This document shows, piece after piece, positions 44,482-58,489 of a DNA stretch of 64,000 bases. The position numbers and the translations under genes are program-made. Source of the stretch: Podarcis liolepis. Its lineage: Eukaryota. A model generated the notes under the pieces. It ran no database searches and was not told the DNA's origin. It worked only from the letters and a program-made list of their open reading frames with translations. The stretch lies in the NCBI GenBank assembly GCA_965112155.1, contig OZ218111.1; one strand, given 5' to 3'. Every line of letters begins with the position of its first letter. Position 1 is the first letter of the stretch.

Positions 44482-45193
44482 GGCAGAGCAAATACAACGT
44501 CCACAATGAGCACCAGTCCTTTGGGTCTGTCTCCTTGTTAATCAGCACTGCGACAGGACCCTCCTCCCCCCATTTGGCAGGATCATCCTTCCACCACCTG
44601 TGCACATGGGAAGAGGTGTCACAGCAGGAGGCCTCCTCTCACACACACACACACACACACACACCCACTACAGGTCAAATGTTGCTCACTGCCAAGACCC
44701 TGCAGTGTCTGATAATGGCTGAGAACTGGGGAGAGGCGCTGTGTTCCTGTGTCTGATTCTTTGTGTGCACCCTCCTCCTTCCTCTCTCTGGAGTTCTCTG
44801 GTCCATATTAGTGGGACTTCGCCACTTGGAGCTCTGCCTCGTATTTTGTCCAGCCTTGCAACCAACACTGGGGGACGATGGATGGATGGGCATCAGCACC
44901 ACCCTTATCCTCTCCTTCCATTAAAGCACCTGCCTCCTCTGCTGGCTCGTTCACATTAAAGGTACCCGCTGGGGCAAGGCATGCTGTGGCCAGCACCGGG
45001 ACGTGGCATCGTGGGCGGCCTTCACATGCAGCACCCAGTGGCAGGCAGTCTTCGGACCAGGCCTGGTCTCTTGGCACCAGGTGGGTCTCTTGGCACCGGC
45101 CTTTGGTGATCGTGGCAGGCAGCTGAGCCCACGGCAGGCTGTGGCAAAAGCAAAAGAGCCTCCAGGCCCTTTTGGCGGTGGCGGCAGCATCAG

Positions 45194-48100
45194 CTACGTA
45201 GCAACACTGATGCGGTGAAGGTTGCGCCGCCGCAAGACACGCAGGGAGGTGTTGTTGCGTTGGCGTGAGCCTGGGAGGCAGAGTGGGCCCAGCAGAAGCC
45301 AGAGGTAGAGGAGGACACAGGCCCAGCCAGAAGAGACCTTAACCCAGAAGGTTGACCAGCTGCCGTGAGTGAAGGTGGTCTCTAGCACTGCATTTTCATA
45401 GCTGCAAGGAGAGCAGAGGCAGGTCGCATTGCAAGCTCCAAAGCTGCCCCCACACACCTTTTGCCACGCAAGTTGCCCCTCCCCCTGGATGTGGGCACCT
45501 TGTTCCTACCTGAACCAGTTGGTGAGAGTCATCATGACGTACAGCGAGGCCAGGAAGAAGACAAAGTGGAAGGTGGAGTAGCTGTAGACCACAGGGTCGC
45601 CGTGCACAATCTGCTGCTCCACTGGGGACCCTTCCTGCTCACCTCTCTGCCCTAGGCCAGGGGTGAAAAGGGGCCCTCCTGCTCACACAGCTCAGGGATC
45701 CAAAGCCCTGCTCTGCACCAATAGCCATGTCTAGTCGAATGACCAGCTATCCTGACTCTTATGGGGTTTCCCAATGTTGGGGAGTCCTGTACACATCCCC
45801 TGTCCCTTATTTGAGCATCTGGGGAAAAGATTCAGGAGAGACTGAGATGAGGAGTGTCCCCAAAGATGCTCCTCCTGCTATGCATACTTGAGATACCTGC
45901 CTTGCACCCCAACAGTGGATGGGGGGGCACTGGAAGGCCTAAGTGGCTTATGATGCTGCTGGGGCTCCATTGCACTCACCTGCTACCTCCTCTTCCATCT
46001 TATCAGGGCAACAGAAGAAACAGGACGCCTTCTGCAAAGAGAACAGGATGGGTCATCCACCACTCATGCAACCTCTTGCCACCTGGCTGTGGTTTCTCTG
46101 GCTGCCCCTTAGCTCACAATGGAAACACAGCTGGCAACTGCCAGGGTCGCACCCTCACCCAACCCTTAAGTCACGATGGTGGTCATAGGGACCCCTGGCT
46201 CTTCAGCTCCCATCAGCCTCAGCCTGTCTGGCCAGTAGCCCCAGGGGGTTGGGGATGGGGAGAAGAGAATGGGAGTTGCAGTCCCGCAACACCTGGAAGG
46301 CTAGAGGCTCTCCATCCCCATCCTGAGGGTGGTCTGGGGAGTCCTGACTTCCCAGGAAACAAAGAGGGAGCGTAGTATCAGTTACAAAGGGTGCTGGCTT
46401 TTCCCCTCTAGCTGAAAAAGGGGGAATCCTACCCTGGTTGTATTCGGAAGTGGTAACCAGGCTAGGAATGGGCCCACCCCTGCCAGTGTTTTGCAGGGGA
46501 AATCCATGAGATATACATTGTGGGAACAAAGCAGATTGTGCATTTGGACATTAGAACTTGAACACAGGCAGTATCCCAAGAAGCAGGCCTCAGGCACTGA
46601 GACATTCATTTTATTGCCTGCTTTTCTGCCCAAACACATACAACGGTTGCAACTTGAAATGCTAAATAACAAATAAATGATAAAAGAGCAGAGAATCCTC
46701 TCAGGCAATGGAGAATTGTTTCAGGAGCTGGAGGTTAGGGGGGGAAGCATTGAAGATCAGCAGCTGCCTCTCAAGAGGGTTTCTGCCCCACACTGGACCC
46801 TTTCTGGAACCCACCTTAAACTCAAAGCTGTAGATCCTGACCATCCACAGAGGTCCAAACAGCTCAGCGAGCATTGATGCTTCATTGCTGCAGGAGGAGA
46901 AGGACAAGGATGAGCAAATCAGCAGCAGGAGCCCTTCCTGAGCATAGCCCATCCTCTTCCCAGCCATTGTAGACAGGCTGACAGGATGGGATGGACAGCA
47001 TGTCCTGTTTCTCTGACACAGAATCCATCCCAGTATGCCAGGGCTGCCCCAAATTACTTTGAGGAAAGAATCACTTGGTGGGCAGCCTGAGGGCATTACC
47101 CCAGAAGTCCAATGTGACCAGGGTGCAACTTGCCCGCATTCTCCACCAGTCTGTTATCTTGTAACAGGAATGGGTGGCAGTGCAGGTCCCTTATTCCCAG
47201 ACCCCACTCTGGCAAGCTGGGGTCAATCCCTGGCTTGGGACCTGAGACCTCTGGGGCCACATAGGCAGGTACCCACCAGGCAAAGAGGACGCAGGCGTAC
47301 ATGACCCCAGCCCCCAGGATAGCCACCGTTGTGTCCTCAGTCTGCATCCCGTCCTTGCTCACACTGGGGAAGCAGATGGTGAGATTCTGCCCCTTGTACT
47401 GCACTGTGGGAGAGGAGGAGGAAAATGCCATTAGCTGATTGAGGGCCTGCCTCACCCCTGTGGATCTCCCCAGAAGGCAAAGGCTCAGAGCTGAGACAGA
47501 CCTTTCTCTGGTGGCCGGCTGGACAGGGCAGAGAAGGTCAGGTACATGACGTAGCAGCAGATGATGGAGGCCTGTAAGGGACTGGAGCTTGGCTGTCCTG
47601 GGAGCAGACAGGTGCAAGGGGAATAAAGGGTTATCAGTGTCCTCAAAAAACATCCCCATCCCAGCAATAAAGAGTGAAAATGCAGTCTGTGTCTATCGGC
47701 CCAGAGTCATTGGTCTACTTGTGTGTACATGATTCCTGATGCTCCCTCACTGCCAGAAGCTGTAGTTAGGGTGTGCTTTAGGAGGCAGAGTATATAAGCC
47801 GCCTCCTGACCCTTCCAATTGCTGGAAACATCACAGGCCTCTGGCTCTCTGATCCCCTTCCTTGCTGAGCTCCCTGTGACAGGGTCCTGGGACTGTCTCA
47901 TGACCTTGTTTCTTAATCACCTTTTGCACCTGGACCTATTCTTTCTGCTTCACCTTGTTGTGTACCTAGAAGCCTGCTCTCTTAGGTGAGTATTTGATAA
48001 AATTATTTACCCTCCTAGCACCCACCCCTCTTAAGGAAACCACCTAGAACTCAACATCCTTGGGAGAGGAACTTCCAGAGAGAAGAGGCCACTGGTTCAG

Positions 48101-50060
48101 TGCTTCTTGTTTGGGCAATTAAGTCCTGAGAGTGCTCTACGCTTTGCTTGTTGCAGGCCACAGAAGGCTATGAGCCCCTGCCCCTCCAATCCCACCCTGT
48201 GCTGCAAAATCCACACATGCCATTACTCACGCAGGCGGACGCAGGGAGTGATGGAGATGAAGGACATCAGGAGGCACAGGGCACCGTTGAAGGCCAGCAG
48301 CCCCTTGTTGAGGAAACAGCCGCCTGGGTGGGTGTAGAATTTGTACAGGAAAGTGTAAGCGGTGGAGGCTATGGTGTAGAAGCCCAGTGTGGCCAGGAAG
48401 ATAGCCAGGTACCAGCGCTTGTCCGTGGAGGCGCCTGTCAGCCTGTGAGAGAGCGAGGGAAAAGCTTGTTTGGAGCACTGACCTAAGGCCAGCTCCCTCC
48501 CTTCTCCAGCCCCCTTGTGGGCACTTGGTCCAAGAAAGTGCCCCAACCCATTCCATCCAGAAGGCAGACTCACCAGTTCTTGTTCCAGGTGTGGGCAAAG
48601 GCTGTGATCAGCACCAGCTGGACCAGGATGAAGGCAAAGCCTCCGCAGACACCAACCAAGTGCCAGGCTGCAAGGGCCAAAGGAAGACAGAAATGTGGGC
48701 GGTGGTCAGGGGGACCAAAGAAGCCAAGTGCCACCTCTGGCTGTCCTGCCAGGCTCTTTCCTCTCTGGAAAGCCAGCTCAGCTCTGGCCAGGAAAGAGGC
48801 TCTTCTGGCTTAGATCCCTCAAAGATAAGCCTTTTTTGGCTGAGAAGCAGGATGATGGGAAGAAGAGCCTGCTCAATCAGGCCAATGAGGGCCCATCTAG
48901 TCCAGCATTCCCTTCTCATGGTGGCCAACAAGATGCCTCAATGGGAAACCAGCAAGCAGGATTTGAGCACATGAACTCCCTTTCCTTCTGTGCTTTCCAG
49001 GAACTGGTATTCAGAAGCACAGCTGCCTCCATGAATTTGTCTAATCTTTTAAAGCAATCTTTCAAAGCTGGTGGCCATCTCTGCCTCCTATGGGTCCCCT
49101 CAGAGGATTATCAGTAAGGAAGTAAGCCCCACCAGAGGGAGGGATGCTGATTCTGACAGAAACAGAAAAGGATGAGGGAATGACTCCTTTTTGCCTGTTC
49201 AGAAATCTGTCAAGCAAAAAGGGTCCATATATGTTCCCCTTGTTTTCAAGTCTGCAGATGACAATGAATGATAAGTGTTTCTTTCTTTCTTTACATTCTT
49301 TTGATATTTCTTTTACCTTGAAATGCATGTAAGTTACCCAAACAGTTGTTCACGTTACATAATTTTAACCTACATCAAACAGCAGGCAGCAAGACAAATT
49401 ACGTCGTATTTGGTGGAAACTGAACTGCAGCAGAATGGAAATGAGGCTGAAGAAGGGAAATGGCTGCCTCCCTCCATTCCTACCTGGAGGGCTGTCCTTA
49501 CAGTGAGAAGGGGTGGGCTCTTGGCAAGAGCAAGTTGCAGAGCCACCAGCCTGATCCAGCAGCCAAGTGGGCTGCTCTTCTATTCTCCTTACCTCTGAGG
49601 AAGCGCTGGTCTTGGATGAAGAAGGCGGCTGCGCAGAGCCCCACAAGGATGAGGAGCTTCAGGAACCAGAACCTGCAACAGACCCCAAAGAGGCGGTGAA
49701 TAACCAGGGTGGCCCCTGGATGGATGGGCCTGTGGCTTCCTCTGCCTGCTCCTCCATAACAGCCCAGGGACTGCCAGGTCTGTGTCAGGACCTCCCTTCT
49801 CCTCACCCATTGTGCAAGAGGGCGCGGACGTTGCTGCTGGACTTGATGTTGATCAAGAAGGCTGCCTGGCCCAGGTAGAAGCAGGCGGTGCCAAAGCAGA
49901 CCCTGTAGACGGCTGAGTAGCCCACCAGGATGTCGCAGTCACTGTCCCCAGGAAGGTGTTCACACAGCACTGCGTAGAAAGGCACCTGTGGGAGGAAGGG
50001 AGAGAGACCCAGGGTGGGGGGAAGCACTGCCAGAACTTCCACACTGGAACCCTTGATTGA

Positions 50061-50092
<32 letters not shown>

Positions 50093-53000
50093 CATTTATA
50101 TCCCACTTTGCGCCACTCCAAGGAGCTCAAGGCAGCATGCATAGCTATTTCCCATCTCATTTAATCCCCACAGAAACCCTGTGAGGCAAGATAGGCTGCA
50201 ATGTGGGGACTGGCCCCCCAAATCACACCCAGTGAGCTTCATGGCCAAGTAGGGATTTGAACCCTTGTATTCCTGGTCCGAGTTCAACATGCTAACCATT
50301 GTGCCACTATTTAAAAGGTAAAGGTAAAGGGACCCCTGACTGTTAGGTCCAGTCATGGCCGACTCTGGGGTTGTGGTGCTCATCTCGCTTTACTGTCTGA
50401 GGGAGCCAGTGTACAGCTTCCGGGTCATGTGGCCAGCATGACTAAGCCACTTCTGGCGAACCAGAGCAGCACACGGAAACGCCGTTTACCTTCCTGCCAG
50501 AGCAGTACCTGTTTATCTACTTGCACTTTGATGTGCTTTCGAACTGCTAGGTTGGCAGGAGCAGGGACCGAGCAGCGGGAGCTCACCCCGTCGTGGGGAT
50601 TCGAACCACCGACCTTCTGATCGGCAAGTCTTAGGCTCTGTGGTTTAACCCACAGCACCGCCCGCATCCCTGTGCCACTATTTAGTGTGGAATTAAAATG
50701 TTTGCTTTGCAGAGCCCATCCTCTGCTTTCTTCTCTTTTTAAATAGAACTAGAGTAATAGCATTTTAAAAAGGGAAGTGAATTAATAAGAGGAAGCTGGT
50801 CATTCGAGCCCCTCCCTGCCACTTGGAGGAGATTATTTTCTCAGAATAGTGGCCAGTTGTCCTCTCCCCCCCCGCCGCCGCCCCAATGAGCCTCCAGATG
50901 CAGGTGGAGGAGGCTCCCAATGGCAGTGGCTTCTCACTCACTCACGTTCTCCTTGATGGCTTCGGCCACAGTGCGGGAGAGCATGAAGCAGCAGCTGGCA
51001 CAGGCCAGGATGTGGAAGAGCATGTAGAGGAGCCGGGTCCCCGTCGAGACCTTGATGCCGGGGCAGCAGGGACAGCACAAGGTGCAAGGGGTTGGGCCGC
51101 AGCAGCAGCAAATCTGAGCAGGGGAGAGGGAAGTTGAGTGTTACCTACTTAGACCTTCTCTGCATGCCCAGCAACCCTCTGCCTCCCTGCCCACAATGAG
51201 CTGGACTCCCTGCCTCTCACTGGACCCTTCACCCTAAGCCTCTGGCAGCAGAAAGCAGCTGGGGTCTGTTGCCTGCATGGGTGAGGGGCTGGGCAGCCGG
51301 ATTGTCCTGGGTCAGTCCCTAGACTTGGCCCACCCACAAGACTGTCCCTGAGCAGGTCCTTGAGCAGTGAGTGAGGGGCACAGCCTGCAGGAGGCGGGAT
51401 TAAGGGGATTGGGAAGCTCAGGTGCCATCTGTTGCTGCTGGAGGGGGGCAGGCATCACATTCAGGGTCCAACGTGCTTCCACCAACCCACCAGTCTCTGG
51501 TTCAGCCGGACAAAATATGCAAAACAAGCAACCCAGCTCTTGGGGCCAGCTGTGGGTCACGAACTGGCAGTGACACAGAATTTCTAAGATGGTGTTTTAG
51601 TTCTTAATGGTAATTTCTTTTTGTTGTTCTACACTGTACTTTAGAGCAGCTCCTCTTATGGAACAGCTATACAACCGCAGTTAATAAATAAAATAATTCA
51701 TGCATGGTTTCTCCCTTGTGGGAAAACCAGCTGTGGGTTGCAATGTTTCTGTGCCCTCAGAGAGTTTTGTGCCATCCATCCTGAGACTGTGGAACACACA
51801 ATAGGTTAGAAAGGGAGGACACATTCCTGTCACTGAGACGTGCCAGCTGAGCAGTCTGCTATGGAAGTAGCATAATAGGCACCGATCTGTGAGCAGAGAT
51901 GGGCTTTCCAGGCTGACTCCACAGGCTTCCCTGTAATCTGGAGTTCACGTGTGCCCAGGAGGATTGCTCTGGCACTGTCAATAAGCCCAATTGACAGTGC
52001 AATACTTTAAAGGTAAATCTCAGTGAGCACATACAGGAAGATGAGTTTGTATACCAAGCAGGGATCACTGCCGAATGGGACACTTTAAGACCAGGAAGGG
52101 CTGTGGCTCAATGGCAGAGCATCTGCTTGGCATGTTGAAGGTTCCAGGTTCAATCTCAAGCAGCTTCTCCAGGTATGGCTGGGAAGGCCCCTGAATGAAG
52201 ACTGGAGAGATATTGCTGCCAGCCAGTGTAGATAGACAGTGCTGAGCTGGATAGTCTGTTTCAGTAGAAGATGGCTCCTGACACTCCTAAGGCTCATTGT
52301 TTTAACTTGCTTGCATTGCCTTATTATCACTCTGCAGGACACCTTTAGATGCCAACAACCTTCTCATTAGCCCACTTTCCAAAGACTCCAAAGCTCCTGC
52401 ATCACTGAGTTCTCTGTCTGCTGCTTCCAACCAGTTTTGCAGCTGTTGCATTTCTTATTCTTTCTCTGGGTCTAGCACAGAAACACCTGGATCCCATAAG
52501 GCAATGGCCCCAGAGGAGCCAGCCAAAGCCACCCACCCACCCCTAGCTCTGCACCTGAGCATCCTGCCCAGCTGACCACCAATAACCCTAGAGAGGGATT
52601 AGAGTCACTCCTAATTGACAGAGGCACAGCATCCATCCCCTCCTCCCACCTGAGCTGGGCAGAGCCCCTCCCCATGATCTGCAGTTGGGCCAATGATGTT
52701 AGGAACGCATTGCAGGGTAAGGGACCACCTTTGCTAGTTGGCCACATTTTTGGCCTGCCTCAGGAAGCTCCTTGAACACCTCTCACCCTCCTCGGTCAAG
52801 AAGCACACCTGGGAAAGAGTTTGAATGAAATGTGTTCCTCAACCCAGCTGGGATATCACCTCAAGATGGGGAGCTTAATTCTCCATGTGCCCAGAGCCAG
52901 GGGCCTGAAACTGCTGCCCATCAGCTTAAGGAGATTTTATGGAGAGGACCCCTCCAGGCACCAACCAGCATCTTAGAGAAACACCCCCTTGGATTCCTGT

Positions 53001-55710
53001 TACAAGAGAGGCAGGGGACCACACCTAGAGGGAAACTGGTGCTCTGCTTCCTAGAAGCTACTCTACACAAAGAAGGTGCTCATGTTCCATTCCTGAAGAG
53101 TTTGGATTTGATATCCCGCTTTATCACTACCCGAAGGAGTCTCAAAGCGGCCAACATTCTCCTTTCCCTTCCTCCCCCACAACAAACACTCTGTGAGGTG
53201 AGTGGGGCTGAGAGACTTCAAAGAAGTGTGACTGGCCCAAGGTCACCCAGCAGCTGCATGTGGAGGAGCGGAGACGCAAACCTGGTTCCCCAGATTACAA
53301 GACTTCCGCTCTTGACCACTACACCACACTGGCTCTCCTGGGTAGCTAACGACCTACAAGAAGCACCCCGGACTGTCTTTGGCCTTGATATTGTGACTGC
53401 AAAAGGAATCAAGACAGCCCCTATGAGGAAGGGATACTAGATACCTGGAAGGGGAGGGTCCAAGGAACATGTCAGAGGAGAAAAGTATACCAGTTTAGAA
53501 AACGGATGGATGAGTGGGTGAATCCTGAGCTTCTAGAGGCAAGAGCTGGCACCAGGTTATGGGGTAGCATCCCTGTGGAGGCTCCTTCCAGGCAGGAATT
53601 ATTTGTGGAAAACAATGCTGCTCAGGCACGCAAGTTTTCTGCATTGTTTATACCACATCACCGCTATCAAAATCCCAGCCCACATTTTTTAAATTTACAT
53701 TTAATCCGGATTTCCCCTTCCTCTGGGAAATCCGATAAGTAGAAACAACCTGTTAAACATCCGCTGTCACTGTCTGGTGTAGAAATTTCTTGGCACAGAG
53801 TTGTTGTGGGGTTTTTTTTGAGGGGTGGGGAGGGGTAGTTTGTCATGTGTGTGGTGTTGACTGAAGTTTTGGTGGGTGGCCTCTATCACACACATAAACC
53901 CTGCATTCGCCAGCTCCTCTCCAGAGCACAAGTTAAGCTATTTTGTTCCAGATACACCAGTAACAGACAGAAGATGTTCATTCCCAGTAATGACTACAAT
54001 GCTGAAGGTGCATTTGAATTTCAGTGGCCTGATGAGAGGAAGTTGTGATATCAAGTCATTGTGGGGAATTACCTCTTCAGACTGTAATCACAGCACATAC
54101 ATCAGACTTTCTCTTTTAAAAGGTTTAATCTGAACTTCATGCACAAAACCTCCTCCTTAGAACTTCAGTCTTGGCACCTTTTATTATATGTGTTGGAATT
54201 GTAAAAAGATAAAGGAATTCTAGGAGATGATATATAATGAATTTTAAATTTTTTGTAAAACCAATAAAAATATTTTTTTTTAATAAGAGAACTTCAGTCT
54301 TTCATTGATGCTGCGCTTTGGGGGTGGGGTGGGGGAAGAGACTGCATAGCTGTGCTGTTAATGGTTACAGGGATATATAGATAAGATTAGCCATATTTTT
54401 TAAAAAATGTTGCCACTTGGTCCCAGCCACACAAAACCAAACAGCAGATCAATATAGCACTTCCCCAAGTATCAAAAAAAGAATCAAGAGATATCGCTCC
54501 CCCTTCTGCCAACAGGCCTCCATTTTGTGCCTTGTGAAACACGACAACTAACTGGGCTAGCCAAGTTTGCCCTCTTGCCTTCTTCTCATAGCTGTCAACT
54601 TTCAGATTTGAAAATAAGGGATCAGCAGCCTCACCTGTCCTGGGGACAGCCTACGGGATATCTAACAATCCGGGATAGCAGTGGGAAATCGGTCTGGAAT
54701 AAGGGAATTTCTCGCAAAAAAGGGAATGTTGACAGCTATGCCTCCTTCTGGGCTGCCAGCGATGCAGAGGAGGGGCAAAAAAGCCACCAACTGATTTAAT
54801 TCTGCCAGGCTCCACCCTCTGATGTGGATGGCAAGCGGGGTAACAGTGAAAATCCACGGTTGAATAAACAAGATGTGTGGAAGGCCACGTGCCAATTGCA
54901 TGCATCTGAAAACCAGCCCTGCAGGACCCGTTTGCAACAGAAAACCCCTTCTGGAAGTCCCCCTGAGCACTGGGGAACAGTGCTGGACAGACTGTGTGAA
55001 CAAGGCAAGAAGGGCGACCCAACCCCCTCCCCCCGGCCACACATGCATCATCCCAAGAACCCTCTGCAGGTGTTTTTTTCTACATTCTCGTTGTGAGTCC
55101 AATTATCTTTCATTTAGTTGTGTTGATTGTCAAGGCTGAGTCTCACAAGCCTTTATCCTCTGAACCTCCGTGGGAGGCCTGATCCTTCCCTGGTCCTGGA
55201 TCTGAGGGCAAGGGCCAAGTGAGCTGCTGGGCAAATGGCTAGCTTGCTTTCCCCAACATTGGCCACGGCTAGAGGCTTTCTCACTTGAGGGGAGGTTGCT
55301 GGGACTCTGGCCTGAGCTTGGGCCTTGCAGGAACAGCAGAAGGTCCATTGTGGCTCAGTGGCAGAGCACCTGCTTGGCAGAAGGTCCTTGGTTTGATACC
55401 CACGGCATCTCCAGGAAAGGCTAGGAATGCCCCCTGTCTGATACCCTGGTGAGGTGCTGCCAGTCAGTGTGGCCCCGGGGGTAGAAGCAGCAGCTCGTGT
55501 TCAAGCTGGCATCACCTGTTCTGGCTGTTCCCTCCCTTGGGGGCCTCTTGGGCCAGGCCTTGGCCAGACCCCAGAGCTGACAAGTCTTGAAGCCTCCCCT
55601 CTGCTTACCTGGGCCTTGCAGTAGCCTGGCACCATCCCTCCTCCTCTGTTCCCGGTGCCCCCAGCTCCCCAAGGGAACGGCTGGACGTCCTGCCCTCGTC
55701 CCCCAGTCAT
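45194..55710 (-). CDS. SERINC4: Serine incorporator 4, about 510 aa
   Basis: Minus-strand exons: tentative first exon 55710-55609, then 51113-50946, 49985-49807, 49672-49593, 48667-48574, 48442-48231, 47597-47502, 47403-47277, 46887-46815, 46031-45980, 45651-45510, 45401-45194. Motifs [52 protein letters not shown] and FWVKVSSGW. Confidence 0.95.
50055..50300 (-). mobile_element. SINE with (ATTG)n tail in a SERINC4 intron
   Basis: (TGAT)n run followed by an antisense SINE body containing gggatttgaacc. Confidence 0.7.
50314..50670 (-). mobile_element. Full-length Sauria SINE
   Basis: Antisense copy with (AAAGGT)n tail. 14-bp TSD TGTGCCACTATTTA at 50300-50313 and 50671-50684. Confidence 0.92.
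53100..53340 (-). mobile_element. tRNA-derived SINE
   Basis: Antisense head accactacaccacactggctctc and tail tttggatttgatatcccgc. Confidence 0.75.
54587..54740. mobile_element. Second MITE with TIR CATAGCTGTCAAC
   Basis: Same 13-bp TIRs as 9947-10037. 9-bp TSD CCT(T/C)CTTCT. Confidence 0.85.
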
Positions 55711-55779
55711 CTGCTCCTGGCTCCGTGGGCCCAGCCCTTTGCTCAGCAGCGCATCCCTGGGACCAGGTGGAGCCTGCTC

Positions 55780-55890
55780 TCCAGAAAGCGGTTGCAAAGA
55801 GAAAGCCAATTAGTTGAGAGGCTGAGATTGGCCAACTGGCAACCCGCTGCCTCCACCTTTGATCCTTGGGACCAGCGATTGGCCTTCCTG
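55780..55890 (-). promoter_or_regulatory. Candidate SERINC4 promoter (CCAAT cluster)
   Basis: Three CCAAT/ATTGG boxes (about 55806, 55827 and 55878) just upstream of the candidate first exon. Confidence 0.4.
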
Positions 55891-56319
55891 GGGTGGGGGG
55901 ATGGTGCTCCTTTCCCCTCCACTTGCCTTTCTGCCTGATTATGTCAGGAGCCAAATCTGCCTCTTTAACCCTCTTACCCGGCAGAAATAGAGAGCTTAGC
56001 CGTTCCGTTGGGTTAGGTGAATCTCAGGCTGTTGTTGCAAGATGGAAGGGACAGGAGCCTTCTCACCTCAGGTCCCCCCAGGGAGCAAAGTAGCAGCCAC
56101 AGAAGCTCCCTCACCAGGGCCTTGCCTGGCAAGGGAGCCTCTGTGAACCTGCTCCAAGGGCAGGGAGGGTGGCAGGCAGGCAGAGGACTCCACCAGCCTT
56201 CAGCCATGCAGGACTACTGGCCTCCTTTGGCTGCCAGAGACTGGGCAGGGCTTCCATCAGGGAACTAAAACTGATCTGGCCATAGCAGCGCACACTTTAG
56301 TTGCATCCCTGTGTGGATT

Positions 56320-57060
56320 ACTGTTAACATACTCTGTGTTGGGCTGCCTTTGAAAGTGCCCAGAAACTTCAACGGGTCCAAAAAGCTGAAGCTAGACCAT
56401 GGGTAGGCAAACTAAGGCCCAGGGGCCAGATCTGGCCAATCGCCTTCTAAATCCGGCCCGCAAACGGTCTGGGAATCAGCCGGTTTTACTTAGTAGAATG
56501 TGTCCTTTTATTTAAAATGCACCTCTGGGTTATTTGTGGGGCCTGCCTGGTGTTTTTACATGAGTAGGATGCGTGCTTTTATTTAAAATGCATCTCTGGG
56601 TTATTTGTGGAGCATAGGAATTCGTTCATTTCCCCCCAAAAAATATAGTCTGGTCCCCCACAAGGGACAGTGGACTGGCCCCCTGCTGAAAAGGTTTGCT
56701 GACCCCTGATAGACTGTTGACTGGGGCAGGTTATAGGAACCATATGACATCCTTGTTGCAACAGCTCCGCTGGTTACGTTTGTTTCCAGGCACAATTCAA
56801 AATGTTTGTTGTGACCAATAAAGCCCTATCTGAAAGACCATATTCTTCCATATAAACCTGCCTGCACTCCGAGATCTTCAGGGAAGACCCTTCTCTCAGT
56901 CCTGCCAACCTCACAGGCATGCTTTGTGGCAACACAGAGCCTTCTTGATGGCTGCTCCCATGAACTTCCTAGAGAAGCTAGAATGGCTCCTACCTTGTCC
57001 AGTGCCAGCAGGTGAAGACTGTTTTATTCCGACAGGCCTTGGGGAACTGACTCGTTTTGT
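56320..57060 (+). mobile_element. Degenerate L2 fragment interrupted by a hAT MITE (about 56398-56708)
   Basis: L2-like gttgggctgcctttgaa...cagaaacttcaacgggtccaaaa. MITE termini catgggtaggcaaact / ggtttgctgacccctg with an internal duplication. Confidence 0.7.
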
Positions 57061-57653
57061 GGGGGTTTTGAAGGAAAGGGCTTTTAATACCACTGTTTAT
57101 TTTTACTGTTTTTATTAATAGCTTTATTCTTTATATTGTTTTACTTCTATTGGAGTTTAGTTGCTTTTTAATGATGATCATAGAATGGTAGAATTGGAAG
57201 GGACCATGAGGATTATCTTGACCAAACCCCTGCAATGCTGGAATATACAGCTGTACCATACAAGGATCAAACCTGCAACCTTGGCATTATCCACACCAAA
57301 CTCTAACCAACTAAGCAACCAGGGCGTATATGTTTTTAGCTTTCTGTATTTTATCTGTTGTATTAATTTGTGCAAGTCACCTTGAATCCTGGTCGGGGGG
57401 CAAATGCTGGATATAAATAAATATAATAATTAATGATATGAACAACTCTAAAGCAACAAACAGGTTTGGGTCACCTTGAAGACAAACAGGTGAGAACCTG
57501 ACATTTGGGGATTTGCCAGATGTCTAATCCCTGTGAAACAAGGTGGGGAGGCCACAAGAATGACAACTGCTCTACCATCCTGCTTATCCAGTCCTAGAGA
57601 ATGATTTCCACACCCTAGCTGTTGCAAGGAAGTGTGGGTGGGTATCTGACTCC

Positions 57654-58230
57654 CAGGGCCGTCTTTAGCAAATGCGGCGCTGGGGTGCAAATATCCGCCC
57701 AGCGCCCCCCAAATTACCACGGACAGTGTTGGGGTGGCCGTAGCTGCGCACTGCCAGCCATCCAGGGGGGGCGGCGGCACAACTCTCCCCCATGCCGCTG
57801 TGGGAGAGCGATCCTTGCAGAAGCTTGGGAGTGAAGTTGCGCCCCTCCCAAGCCTCCACGGGAGGAGAGCGATCCCCGCAGAGGCTTAGGAGGCAAGCTG
57901 CGCGCCCGCAAGCCATATGGTTGGTGGGGCACAGCTTCTATCCTAAGCCTTTGTGGGGATCGCTCACCTCCCGAGGAGGCTTGGGAGGGAAGCTCCACGT
58001 CCGCCAGCCTTATGGTTGGCGGGGCGCAGCTGGCGGGTATGCAGGGAGAGGGGAGGCCGCAGGCAAAGCCGCAAAGCTCCCCCACTTGCTGGGACGCCCC
58101 TGAGAGGCCGGCGCCCTGGCGCGACACACCACTATGCCCTATGGGAAAGATGGCTCTGCTGACTCCCTTCCTGTGCCCTCCCCATCAATGTGCTACGGAG
58201 GGGCCCCAGGTCCACTGAAAGGCTCAGCCT
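57654..58230. mobile_element. GC-rich non-autonomous DNA element with internal foldback
   Basis: Begins CAGGGCCGTCTTTA, is CpG-rich and contains a palindrome at 57843-57989. The right boundary is uncertain. Confidence 0.55.
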
Positions 58231-58489
58231 GCTTTCCCCTGGGATCTGTCCTCACCCAGCCACTGCCACACCCTCTGATCTTTCTTTTCCCATGAACTGC
58301 CTGATCTCTGAGGTCTCTGCTATGGCATAATAATTCCCTCCGCCTAACGAACACCGCCTCCCCTGTGACATTAGGCACATCCCACCTTACCCACACTCTG
58401 CCTCTTATTCTTTCCAGGCCTGCTGTCTTGTGAAGAAAGCAGATAGATTTTTTTGTCTCTCTCGTAATACTAAGAGCTCACTGGGGCCC

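Noticed and set aside
52100-52290. tRNA-like sequence (also about 55348-55470, 39468-39530 and 36830-36900)
   Set aside because: These are SINE heads with A/B boxes, no complete cloverleaf and attached SINE bodies.
56067-56207. Alternative SERINC4 first exon (MAEGWWSP...GGPE|gtgaga, phase 0)
   Set aside because: It is possible, but 55710-55609 has a stronger donor (CAG|gtaagc) and adjacent CCAAT boxes. RNA data are needed to decide.
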